From positions 1-35,741 of the forward strand of contig MRSU01007292.1 of assembly GCA_008369845.1 (NCBI GenBank): a stretch of 35,741 nt of DNA. The letters run 5' to 3'. The notes beneath the pieces are model-generated. The model was not told the DNA's origin, searched no databases, and saw only the letters and a list, made by a program, of their open reading frames with translations. Below are positions 1 to 10,900 of this stretch, piece by piece. Origin of the DNA: Trichomonas gallinae. Lineage: Eukaryota. Each line of letters starts with the position of its first letter. Position 1 is the stretch's first letter. The translations under genes and the position numbers were made by a program.

Positions 1-73
1 ATGCATGACCCCCTACCCATGAATGAAAAATCCATTTTGGTGTCACCCCCTCACTAACTATGTCGGTCGAGCC
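1..73. mobile_element. Probable DNA transposon terminus (Kolobok-like: ends in CC followed by TTAA)
   Basis: GC-richer segment with two ACCCCCT motifs (8-14, 45-51) ends abruptly at ...GGTCGAGCC(73)|TTAA(74-77), followed by AT-rich DNA. Kolobok elements have RR..YY termini and TTAA target duplications and are described from T. vaginalis. Only one end is visible. Confidence 0.4.
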
Positions 74-238
74 TTAAATTACAAAATTGTAATACCAATT
101 TTATATCATGTATTTTATTAAACACACTTTTCTCGGAAATATTTCAATGATGACTAGTATTCTAAATATGTTTATGAGATAGCACCAATTCTGACAATAA
201 ACTAAACTTTACATGACATTGAAATTATACAATTTAAA

Positions 239-246
239 AACGTGAC
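239..246 (+). promoter_or_regulatory. AACGTGAC, variant of the Trichomonas AAAGTGAC (M2) upstream motif
   Basis: Lies 8 nt before the NTPDase ATG. The same motif or variant precedes several other ATGs in the window. Confidence 0.5.
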
Positions 247-254
247 ATAATAAT

Positions 255-1577
255 ATGTTTAGCTTATTTATTTCTTCGATCTTTGCGGCCAATATCAAGT
301 ATGGCATCGTCGTTGATGCCGGTTCATCAGGAACGAGAGGTTTCCTATATACATGGGAGGACACTTCTGGAATTCCGGATGTCCAACCAGTCAGAACTGA
401 TGGAAAACAAGTAAAAATCAAGAGCAAAATACGCCTCGCTAGTGCAGCAAAGGATCCAAACGCAATTTCTAACATTTTCACCACGATTTTGGATAAAATC
501 AAACCAATGATCCCAGCTAATCAAGTTAAAGACACTCCAATATATATCTTCGCTACAGCAGGCATGAGACTTCTTTCTATCACCGACCAGGAAAGAGTTT
601 TAGACGCAACTTACGATTTCGTCAAAAACTACGGCTTCATTACAAAGAGAACCAACATCCGTGTCATCCCTGGTGTTGAAGAAGGCGTTTACGGCTGGCT
701 CTCTGTTAACCATCTGCTTGGAATTTTCAAGGAAAATAAGCCAACCATTGGCGCCATGGATTTAGGCGGTGCATCATTCCAGATTGCCTTAGAAGTCAAC
801 GAATCTGATAAATACGAGGAATCTCTTTTAGTTAGGCTCGGAAACAGGAAGATTCGCATCTTTTCCCATTCATACTTAGGCTATGGCGTTGATGTTTCGT
901 CATTATCAGTTTCGAGGGCAATTGCTGCTGTTAAGGATACTGCTACAGTTGAAAACCCATGTTTACCATCCGGATATACAATTAAATTGCCTAAAGATGA
1001 CGTCGAAGTCAAAGGCACTGGCAATTTCGATAAGTGCACAAGAATCATCAAGAAGATCCTTATTGATGGCCCACACTTCGAAACAGTCAATATTCCTGGA
1101 CTTGCAAATCTTAATAAGTTTGTTGGTATGGCAAACCTCTACTTTGTCAACGGATTCTTGAATCTCAATGAAGACAGCACACTCGAGAACCTCAAGAAGG
1201 CAGGAACCGACTACTGTTCGATTCCATGGAGTACTATCGAAGAGAAATACAAAAATAATCCAGCTCTTGAATACGCACCAACATACTGCTACTGCGCTGC
1301 ATACCAGCATACATTGTTAACCAAAGGATTCGGATTTAAAGATGGAATTGCCGAAATCAGGAAACTTGATGAGATTAACGGTGTTGATCTTTCATGGGCT
1401 ATTGGAGCAATGCTTGCTCATGTCTCTGATTTCAACACAATCACAGAAAATTCAATTCCAATTATGCCAATTCTTGTTGCTAACATATTTGCTTTCATAA
1501 TATTACTTCCTATCTACACTATCATCGGAAGAAAGTTTAGACCAGTTCGTTATGTTTCAATTACTGAAAATGTTTAA
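255..1577 (+). CDS. GDA1/CD39 family ecto-nucleoside triphosphate diphosphohydrolase (NTPDase/apyrase)
   Basis: All five apyrase conserved regions are present: DAGSSGTR, ATAGMRLL, EEGVYGWLSVN, DLGGASFQ, SWAIG. Short hydrophobic N-terminal signal and a C-terminal TM helix (IMPILVANIFAFIILLPIYTII) with a short basic tail. Stop codon lies within TAAA. Confidence 0.95.
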   Translation: MFSLFISSIFAANIKYGIVVDAGSSGTRGFLYTWEDTSGIPDVQPVRTDGKQVKIKSKIRLASAAKDPNAISNIFTTILDKIKPMIPANQVKDTPIYIFATAGMRLLSITDQERVLDATYDFVKNYGFITKRTNIRVIPGVEEGVYGWLSVNHLLGIFKENKPTIGAMDLGGASFQIALEVNESDKYEESLLVRLGNRKIRIFSHSYLGYGVDVSSLSVSRAIAAVKDTATVENPCLPSGYTIKLPKDDVEVKGTGNFDKCTRIIKKILIDGPHFETVNIPGLANLNKFVGMANLYFVNGFLNLNEDSTLENLKKAGTDYCSIPWSTIEEKYKNNPALEYAPTYCYCAAYQHTLLTKGFGFKDGIAEIRKLDEINGVDLSWAIGAMLAHVSDFNTITENSIPIMPILVANIFAFIILLPIYTIIGRKFRPVRYVSITENV

Positions 1578-1675
1578 ATTTATTCTAAACACACATGAAA
1601 ATACATGTTTTAATACAAACCATATCATATATTTTTCATAACAATATATTTTTATTCAAACAAAAAAAAACAAAA

Positions 1676-2980
1676 TTATAACATATTTCTGTAATTTCCA
1701 GTAGAAATATGATCTAAAGACGATGATCTGACGAGCGGTTGTGGTTGTGGAGGTTGTGGCGCTGGAACAATATCTTCTTCGCAATCCGGATACCATTCTC
1801 CAGTAAATATGTCGTCTGTTATGAATGGATGCGTCAGGGCCTGTTTCGCTGATAGTCTTTGAGCCGGATCAAATTGAAGCAAAGAATAACAAAAATGAGA
1901 GAAACATGAAACTAAATTTACGTCTTCTTCAGTTTCGAGTTCGCAGTGGTTCATTATTAGGTTTTCGAGAGAAGTGGGGCCAATTTCCTGGAAAATTGTG
2001 TTATAAAAATGATCATTAATTAAAACATCGTTTGGATCCGTTTTAGGACGATATCCTTGCGTTGTTATATCGAAGAATTTCCAATATTGCTTTGATTGTT
2101 GGATTAAATAGTCAGGAATTACTCCAAGCAAAGCAATTTGAGAATGTATTGTATCATACTCAGTTTTGGCCGCAAAAATTGCGAAATCAAGGAACAGCTC
2201 GGCAGCGATGCAGCCTGCACTCCAAATATCGATTTTATTTGTATAAGGTAATTTCAAAATAACTTCTGGGCTTCTGTAGAATCTAGATTGAATGTAGTCA
2301 CCAAAACCAGATGGTGTAGTCGATGCTGAGCCAAGATCGATAATAAGTAAATTGTCCATATTTTCATTATCGAAAAGTACATTATCTGGCTTTATATCGC
2401 AGTGAATAATACCATTATCATGTAAGAATTGTATTCCCCGTAAAATTTGTTCCATTACGTTTCTGATTGTTCCTAGTAATTGCGAAACCCGTCTGTTTTG
2501 ATAAATTCCTTCAAACAGTGACCTAAACAGTAATGGTTCAACAATTATAATATGCCCATCCTTCTCAAAACTCGATATCGGCATGATTATATGACTTTTT
2601 CCAATATGATCAGGCGCCGAAGCAAGTATTTGATGTAGCGACACCTCAGACAGACCAGTTACTTTATATTGAGGTAGGTTTTTGATAATTTTCATCGCAT
2701 AAAACTCCGGATTTTCATTTAATAATTGACATTTATAAACATAAGAGAAAGTACCGTTTCCGAGAGCATCGATCACTCTAAAAACATTCCCATCGTTGTC
2801 TTCTATCAACTCGTTTATCGAAACGATCTTGTGGCCTTCACTAAGCGGATCATTGTCCAGAGATTCTTCGTTTAAGTTCAAAGGACGACCGATGTCGTAG
2901 CTGGGCTCCTTAAATATATGCGGATTTAGCTCGTGAAACGTCTCCTGTATGTTAATAGTGACTTGCTGTAGAATAGACAT
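1676..2980 (-). CDS. CMGC protein kinase, DYRK/Yak1-like
   Basis: Gly loop LGNGTFSYVYKC, AMK lysine, catalytic loop HCDIKPDN, DLG, activation segment YIQSRFYRSPE (DYRK/Yak1/HIPK signature), DIWSAGC. Confidence 0.92.
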   Translation of the reverse strand: MSILQQVTINIQETFHELNPHIFKEPSYDIGRPLNLNEESLDNDPLSEGHKIVSINELIEDNDGNVFRVIDALGNGTFSYVYKCQLLNENPEFYAMKIIKNLPQYKVTGLSEVSLHQILASAPDHIGKSHIIMPISSFEKDGHIIIVEPLLFRSLFEGIYQNRRVSQLLGTIRNVMEQILRGIQFLHDNGIIHCDIKPDNVLFDNENMDNLLIIDLGSASTTPSGFGDYIQSRFYRSPEVILKLPYTNKIDIWSAGCIAAELFLDFAIFAAKTEYDTIHSQIALLGVIPDYLIQQSKQYWKFFDITTQGYRPKTDPNDVLINDHFYNTIFQEIGPTSLENLIMNHCELETEEDVNLVSCFSHFCYSLLQFDPAQRLSAKQALTHPFITDDIFTGEWYPDCEEDIVPAPQPPQPQPLVRSSSLDHISTGNYRNML

Positions 2981-3244
2981 ATTTATTTTTTATTGGTTTA
3001 CACATGAAAAAATTTCTGAAGAATATTTATTGCGCGTAAACTATTCAATTTAATGCGAACAGAGAAAACAGGCTTTATACATTATATAGGTAATGTTTTC
3101 CTCAAAATCTTATGAAAAGTTGGTTCACTTTTTCAGTGACCTTACTTCGGATAAAAAAATGTTAATGTCAATATTTTTAATTAGCATAACACTGACAACA
3201 GAGCAAAAATAAAATGGTAAATCAATTCAATAAATTTTCAATTT

Positions 3245-3426
3245 AACATCTGCCATGTAAATTAACAATCTGACTCATAAAACATTTCTGACAAATAAAC
3301 ACACAATATGTCACGTAATTTTTCATTCTGACATATAAAAGATCTTTGACAAATAATTCAACATCTGCCACGTAATTAACATTCTGATTCATAAAACCAT
3401 TTTGACAATTAAATCTTCATTTTGAC
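3245..3426. repeat. Three degenerate ~57-bp tandem repeats built from ~19-bp TGAC/TGCC subunits
   Basis: AACATCTGCCAYGTAA(A)TTAACAWTCTGAYTCATAAAAC(C)ATTTYTGACAAWTAA at 3245-3298 and 3360-3412, with a more diverged middle copy at ~3305-3356. Confidence 0.8.
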
Positions 3427-3517
3427 GCGTAAATTTCTTTCTTTTTTTTTTGATTCCATTACTGAAAAGAATATTTGCTTTATTCCATATATTACGGTAT
3501 GATATGATTATAGACAA

Positions 3518-4096
3518 ATGAAGTTAGTTATGTCTGCTAGAGCAACAAATGTCGATGGAATTATTCGAAATTGCATGAAACAAACTACAGCTTCCAATTG
3601 TTCAGTATTTATCACATCTGCTACACCTCGTAATTATAAAACGGAACATGCTTTTGCAATGTTTGATGATAATGCTGATACATATTATTATAGTGACGAA
3701 AAAATCAATAATTTCATCCAATTTAAGTTTGAAGGGGCTCTGATTCTTACATCAATTATGTTAAGGGGTATAATAAATCCTACACCAAATGCTTTTGATC
3801 TCCTAGGATCACAAAACGGGAAAACTTGGGAAATGATATTATCCATATCAAATCTAAATCGAAAATTATATAATTATGGTAAACAAATTTACCTAATAAC
3901 GGATAGTAGTTTGTATAAAATAATTAAATTACAAATCACTAAAAATGACGAAAATACAGGAGCGAATGCAGGCCTAATAGAAATGGAACTATTTGGAGAT
4001 TTGTATGAGTTTGGTGAATGCATCATCAATACTGCGAAATCTTGCTTTAGTATTAGCTCCAATCATATATATGCATTATTATTTGTTGATATTTAA
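3518..4096 (+). CDS. F5/8 type C (discoidin / galactose-binding-like) domain protein with C-terminal hydrophobic tail, paralog 1
   Basis: Motifs AMFDDNADTYYYS, FIQFKF, PNAFDLLGSQNGKTW, YKIIKLQIT, EMELFG match the FA58C pattern. Clearly alignable with 4210..4785. Confidence 0.75.
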   Translation: MKLVMSARATNVDGIIRNCMKQTTASNCSVFITSATPRNYKTEHAFAMFDDNADTYYYSDEKINNFIQFKFEGALILTSIMLRGIINPTPNAFDLLGSQNGKTWEMILSISNLNRKLYNYGKQIYLITDSSLYKIIKLQITKNDENTGANAGLIEMELFGDLYEFGECIINTAKSCFSISSNHIYALLFVDI

Positions 4097-4209
4097 TGTG
4101 AGGAATAATAATTATTTTAAATTTTTAAATGATTTCCGATGAACATTTTTTCAAATTTATTCTAAAAGCAGTTTTAGCTACACGAGTTTAGTTTCGGTCA
4201 AATAATAGT

Positions 4210-4785
4210 ATGAAAAGAATACTAAATGTAAAGCCGTCATCTTTAACTTCGGATGGAATAATTAAGTCTTGTATCAATCAAAATCTTAGTTGCAAAACAT
4301 CTACAGTAATAACATCTACTAAACCTCACCAATCTCATATAGCATCGAATCTTTTCGATAATACAACAAAAACATATTATTATACTCGAGAATACGATTA
4401 CAACTTCATTCAATTCCAATTTCATGGAGCTGTGTTGTTGGATTCGATAATGCTTAGGGGAATTTCCAATCCAGTTCCTAATGGGTTTATTCTATTCGGA
4501 TCAAATAATGGCTTAAATTGGAATACTATGATATCATTGCCAAATTTAAACATGAGTTTGTCCGAATATGGCGCTGAGTTTTACAACATAACAAATTCAG
4601 AAAAATATTATAAATTTATCAAGCTTCAAATAACCAGAAACGAACACAATAGTGGAGTGAGTGCCGGTATGAGTGAAATGGAGCTATTTGGAGAACTAAT
4701 TGAATTTAATTTATTTACTATTGACTACAAACTAAAGTGTTATAATTTTAACACTTTACTAATACTAGTGTTCATTATCCTTTAA
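4210..4785 (+). CDS. F5/8 type C (discoidin / galactose-binding-like) domain protein with C-terminal hydrophobic tail, paralog 2
   Basis: Motifs NLFDNTTKTYYYT, FIQFQF, PNGFILFGSNNGLNW, YKFIKLQIT, EMELFG. Shares SIMLRGI with paralog 1, so this is a tandem duplicate. Confidence 0.75.
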   Translation: MKRILNVKPSSLTSDGIIKSCINQNLSCKTSTVITSTKPHQSHIASNLFDNTTKTYYYTREYDYNFIQFQFHGAVLLDSIMLRGISNPVPNGFILFGSNNGLNWNTMISLPNLNMSLSEYGAEFYNITNSEKYYKFIKLQITRNEHNSGVSAGMSEMELFGELIEFNLFTIDYKLKCYNFNTLLILVFIIL

Positions 4786-4972
4786 AGATTTTACTTATTT
4801 ACAACTATTTTTGTTATGTTATTTTTTTTATCAATATTCTTTTTCTAATGTCGAATAATAATTTATGTATACTCGCAAAATAAACAAAAAGTAAGAAATA
4901 GTCAATATATATAAAAGATACAAACAATATTTAAGTTAAAACTAACAAAATAATATAATAATAAAAAAAAAA

Positions 4973-7900
4973 TTACCACCACGGGCACCATCCGCTGAAC
5001 ATCTGGCAAAGGTTCTTCTCATCTGTTGCCTGTTGTATGAGCAGTTCCACTTGGTCAGGAACCTTAAGAGAAATTTTTCCTTCGAAATCTGATCCGCTTA
5101 ATTTGTCGGAAATCCTTTTAACAGCGGAAACAGCGTCATCGACTGCTAAGCTTGTGTTGTGCTTGTTCTGACGCTGAAGAAGTGGGTCGTGAATGAAAGC
5201 TTCCAGGAGGGAAAGAATCTGGTTTCCATTCTGCCTCATTATCTCCATCGAACTTTCGCATAATGATCTAAACGTTCCTTCTATCTTGGAAACCTCCAAA
5301 GCATTGACGAGCATCCTTGTCAACCTGAATGGCACAGTTTCTGGGTATCTATCTCTGTGCATAGCAACTTCGAAGCAGTCGCCGAAGTCAATGTGGACGA
5401 GTTTAGCAGTGTTTTTGCCGATCATGATGTTCGAGAAATGTCTGTCGCCGAGTCCTAATATGTATCCGGCCATTGAAGTCACAGCCATGGAACTTGAATA
5501 AGTGGATCTCCTCATCAGCCAAGAAGATGTTGATGGAGAAGAGCTGAGCAGAATCCTTCTGACGTCCAAACCATCTGTTGCTTGTAGGCCTTTCTTGAAT
5601 GCTACAATTTTGTCATCGATCTTTAGTGTGTCGTAGTTTGGCGCGTAGTTAATTGTTGCCTGCTGCTCAGCTTGTATTTTCACACCGCGCTTCTTTCTGT
5701 ATTCCTTGACTGCTTCATGCAATGTTCCGCAATCTTTCACCCAGCCAATCAGGCCGACTTCTCCTGTGATCGGAACAACATTATAAGTTGTCAAACTCAA
5801 GAATGATTTCATCCTTATATTCGAATGATCAATTAAAGTATTGATGAAGTGGAACAGCTGCATAACTCTTTCATCCAATCTTGTGTCTTCATGCGCTTTG
5901 AGCAGGAATTTGTATCTGACACCATCACTGCCATCGACACAGATTTTTCTTGGCCTTTGCTTCGAATTGATAATTTTCACGACATTCTTGAAGCTGGAAA
6001 CAGTTACTGGTGATTTTCCATATTCATATGTACCAGGGACAACTAAATCGCTGTTCTTGAGCTTATACAAAACAGGAGAAACTTCCGAGAGCAAAACTTC
6101 GTTCATTTCCTGGCAGACAGTTCTTAGGTTATTAAATACCAACGAAAGATGATCCCATGCTTCATGCAATGAACCTTCGTCGTTGTTCTTTGCATATTTT
6201 TCGAGTAAATCGAAGCTGATTTTAAGTTGTGAGAAATTCTGTGACGTGAATTTAGACTCGAAACATGTTTCACAATTTTGATTTAAAATGTCTTTGATCG
6301 GCTGCAAACATTTAAGCATTTTCTCTTTGTTAACTTCAGGACAATATTCGTGTGATGCATCATCGATGCATTGATAAGTGAGCTCATACCATGATACAGA
6401 AACGCGCATCATTTCATTCGCAATTGCAGAAATTATTGAAGTGATCTTTGTGTATTTCAACTCGAGCTTAGCGAAGATTTTCTCTGCAATGCCTCTTCTA
6501 ATTTCGTTATCGCTTTTAAGCTGGACCATCATAGGATACAAAATCGCGTTCGGATGCAATTCTCCGATGCTGTAAAGTAAATCAAAGAGAGCTTTATGTA
6601 ATGGAGTATCATCTCTTGTGAGCCTTGCTATAATCTGTGGGACAATGTCTATCCATTTATGAGGTAAAACGTTCTTAGATCTTTCAGCAAATATTTGGAT
6701 AAAATCGCTGTCATTTTCATTCGCCATGAATAAAATGTTGAGAATAAGCAAACTCAATGAAACTGAACGAGATTCACATGCGACAACACCATTAATTGCT
6801 CCTGTTAAAGCATCTTCGAGATATCTCATGTCATGCATTTGCTTGTAAAGTCTTAAATTAGTTCTCGACCAGTTTTCGAATGTTTCCGAATTCTTGGCAA
6901 AACCAATGACACTCTTTAGCGATTCTCTGACTTTTTCACTCGAATCTACCCAATTCGAAAGAATATTTGCGCATTCCTCAGCGAGATCTTGGTCTGTGAT
7001 ACTTGAAACAATCTTTTGGAGTGAATTAACAGCCGTGAGATTTCCTGTTTCGTGAGATAATCTACAGTCAATGACAGACAATCTATCAAGAAATGTTTTT
7101 TCTGTTGAATTAACTTTGAATTTTAAGTAGTTCAAAACTGATTTCGTCAATGAAAATGATTTGTTTGACAATGTTGTCTCCAAGAAAGCGAGCCATTCTT
7201 CCTGGATATCAGTTGGATCAAATGCTAATGAGCCAATATACAAAAATCTGTGCAAACTTTTTTGGCTTTTGTACATTAGATTAAATCTTTCCTTCCAAAC
7301 TCTTTTGACGTTCGCTATAACATCTGTAGCTTTCTGCCTTTCAGAAGGTATTGGAGAATTCAAAGATTTCTTCATTTCTAATACATTAATGACATCAACC
7401 AATTGCTGGTATCCATCTACTTGCGAAAGAGGAACAATTATTCTATCGTAGTCTTCATTTATCGCTGGGAATAAATAAGGAATTCTCGCTGTTCTTAACT
7501 CGCTAATCAAATCCAATGCTTTCTGTTTCTCGTTCTTCATGACATAGAAAATTGCGAGATACCATTTATATCTATCGGTCTCGTATTCGTATTTTTGCTT
7601 TGAGAGTTGCTCGCATGAGTTCATGAATGATTTGTAATCGAAAAGGTGCAAATCAGCAGAAACACGCATAACAATGTCAACATTCTGCAAAGACCTGATT
7701 TCATCATATCGTGCAAGCTCTGAAAGGAATTTGACACGTCTGTTTATCAAATTTAAATCTTTAGGGTGAGCAGCCAAACTTTTATCTGTGTATTTCAGTG
7801 CTTCTTCCCACATTCCCAGTTTTTCTGCCATTACATCTTGTTTGATGTCGAATCCTTTAGAGTGGCTGAGCTTTAGAACGCCAGCAGCTGCAAGCGGAAG

Positions 7901-10900
7901 ATTTAATGTTTGATTTAATATAATAAGTTTCTCAGCGACATCCACATTATTTTCAAACATATATTCTGTCGCTCTCAAAGCTTGCGTGAAAACTCCAGCA
8001 TTTTGTGCAGACTGTGCAATGATTTCGTTCGATATTGGTAATTTGATTCCCAATATTTCTAGAATTTCTAATGCGGCGAGAAAATGTCTGACGACTGATC
8101 TTGGAGCTTCACCGCCTGAAAAAACTCTCTCGAAGATTTTTATTATGTGCGCTTTGTTCAATGAGTCCTCAATAGATAAGACATACACTAAACTAATTGC
8201 TAAAGGATAGATAATCCTGCAGATCTCAGCATGCCTCATGCATAGAGTATAACAGGCAGATATTGCTCGAGAAATTGAATTTCTTACAATTCCGTAGAAG
8301 AAATCGTTTGACCAATTCAACCATTGTATTTCGTCACTGGAAAGTTTAGGCGCATGAGCAACAAATGATGATTCTCTTGTTTTCTGTAGAGAAGATTTCT
8401 TTTTGAAGGCTGATGCTTGTGTTCTAGAATCTGGGGCAACGAAGTCCATCAGATTCTTGAAAGATGAGATTTTCTGGCCGTTTTTGAGCACAGTTATGAT
8501 CTCTTTTAGTATTGGATGACTGAATATATCGAAAATAGAAATTAATCTCGGCAAAAACAACAAAAATGAAAGCCCACAGTGAGCAGCAACAATGCACATG
8601 ATATCAAGCAGTCTTTCTTGTAAAGAAGAGTCTTGTTTCATCAAATCCATTAATGTTTGAACTATTTGGCCGGAAAAGTTTGCTGTTCCTCCATTTATGA
8701 AGATGAATCTTGTTTTAGTGAGAACATCGTTGATTATTTGGGACTTCGCATTGTATGAAATCCATAGCAACATTGGCGGATAAATGATATGAGTAATTGA
8801 TGAAACTTGAGAGCCGAAACTAACAAAAACAGAAAAGACTCCATCAACTGTTCGCTCATCATATGACATGAAGCCATTTATAAAAACTGTCGCGATTCTC
8901 GGAATGAAAGGAGCAACAGCATCATGCGTGCTGTTGACAAGCCAGTCTGTTATCCTGAGGAGCTGACTCCTATCGAGTTTTGTCCATTTTTGGCAAATAA
9001 AATCAATAACGTGTGGAACTAAAGGTCTAAATCTATCACCTAAAACAGCAATTAATGTAGTGATGTTAGATAATAAAATATTTGATGTGCTTGGGCCTGA
9101 ATACGTCAATAAATCGTTCATTTGCTTGATTAAAGTATTTTCAAGTAATTTTCCGAATTGAGATTGAACTTTAATGACAGTAAGTAATGCTTCGATTGCT
9201 GATGCATGCAAAGCTGAAAAAGATTCATCTCTTAATATTCCGAATAATAAAGAAAGCGAAACTCCAACTGAGGCGAATATGAGGCACTCAACAGGTTGAT
9301 TGGATTCTAATAATGATATGAAATATGACGTAGAATGTATTGTCATTGAATTCCGAACTAAATCACTGTCAAATAGTTCTTTTCTAACAGAACCAATTTG
9401 AGAAATGACAGCTAAAAGCTTAGAACGAGTAATATCAGACTCATTTAAGCCTCCTAAATCAATCAACATTTTCACTAAATAAAAATTCTCTTTGTAAATC
9501 GAAAACATGAGGTTTGTATGTTTAAGGGCTGCCATGATTAAGTCTAATGCTGCGTCCAAACGTTTCTTAGATGAATGAATTGACAGAGATGTTGAAATAT
9601 GATCTTTAACAAGTTTAACTGAGTCGATTTCTGTAGGTGAAAATGCAATTATGTGTGATAATAATGATAATGCACATGTCGGAAGCTTCATTTTCGAATC
9701 AATTAAATGGAAAATAATAAATGAAGCGAAAGGAGTGAATAAAGCGTTGAGAAAATCTTCATTATTGCATTCCAATGCTGTTGTAATCATGAGCATCGAA
9801 TAAATTGCACGCTTCATCATTTCGGATTCGTTTTTCATTATTGTAACTTGTTCAGCAAGGAAATCCTTGAATATTTGCGCTACTCTTGAATCAGACACAT
9901 GTGAAGCCAGTAAATCTAAAGCAGCCTTTTTGATCAAAGCTTGTTTATCTTGTAATAAAGTTTTGATCGGGGTTAAAACTTCATCTCTGAACGGTTGAAC
10001 TAGTGTACATGACCTTATCAACATCATCTTAAGATCAGTACATGATTCTGTGCACGCTGCGCTTAACATTAACTGTGAATAATCATTATTCGGCTTTTTG
10101 CTTGTGTAAAATGATATAAATGAAGCTGCAGCTGTTCTTACAGAGTACTCAGGATGGTTAAGGTAAAGGAGAATTTGATAAATCATCGGAGTTGAGAAAT
10201 AATTTGTTGGAATATCTAATTTGATGAACGAATTGCAGTAAGTAGCGATTTGCTGTGACGTAGACTGCGATAAAACCATAGAATTCGCGTAATTTATTAT
10301 GTGTGCGTGTATAAAATTTTGGGTTTTCGGGTTATTTTTCGTAAGTTTGTAAAAACCATCGACAATGAGATCTGTGAGTTGTTGCTTGAATATGTGAACG
10401 AAATCGTGTGAGTTAAGTTCCAAAACAGAATTAATTGCGATCAATGAATGACAAGCTTGTTCACAGTCCAACTGGTCGAGTATTTGGTTCCTAATTTTCT
10501 GTATTAATGAGATTTCTTTCGAGTGATAAGGTGGTTTCCGCTGAAAAAGAAATTCACTGAATGTTAATAATAATTCTCTACGGAAAACGCTTTTCTTTTT
10601 GAGCAGTTTCTTGTACTCTGTCAGTATATTAACAATAATATCCGCATTAAAAAGCGATGGCGTTGTTCTAAGGGCGAATGATAAAACTTTAAGAGTTGCA
10701 AGCTGACATTCCAAGTCTTTGTCATGCAAATACATAAGTGGTAGCGAAACGAAAGTAAAACACGCCAAATTTTCGGGAATTATCGAAATAATTATATTTG
10801 CAGCTCGAAGAGCACCGGAATAATCGGTCCATTTCTTTTCGCTGAGAGTGAAATTTAAACTAGCACAAAGAGTAACCACTCCAAAATGCTCTCTCGTCTC

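Noticed and set aside
147..194. Box C (ATGATGA) and box D (CTGA) suggesting a C/D snoRNA; similar pair at 12036-12064
   Set aside because: Too short, no convincing terminal stem or internal boxes, and no rRNA complementarity that I can recognise.
209..8210. Short overlapping ORFs antisense to or out of frame within NTPDase, the kinase and TOR
   Set aside because: Overlap well-supported genes and have no independent signals.
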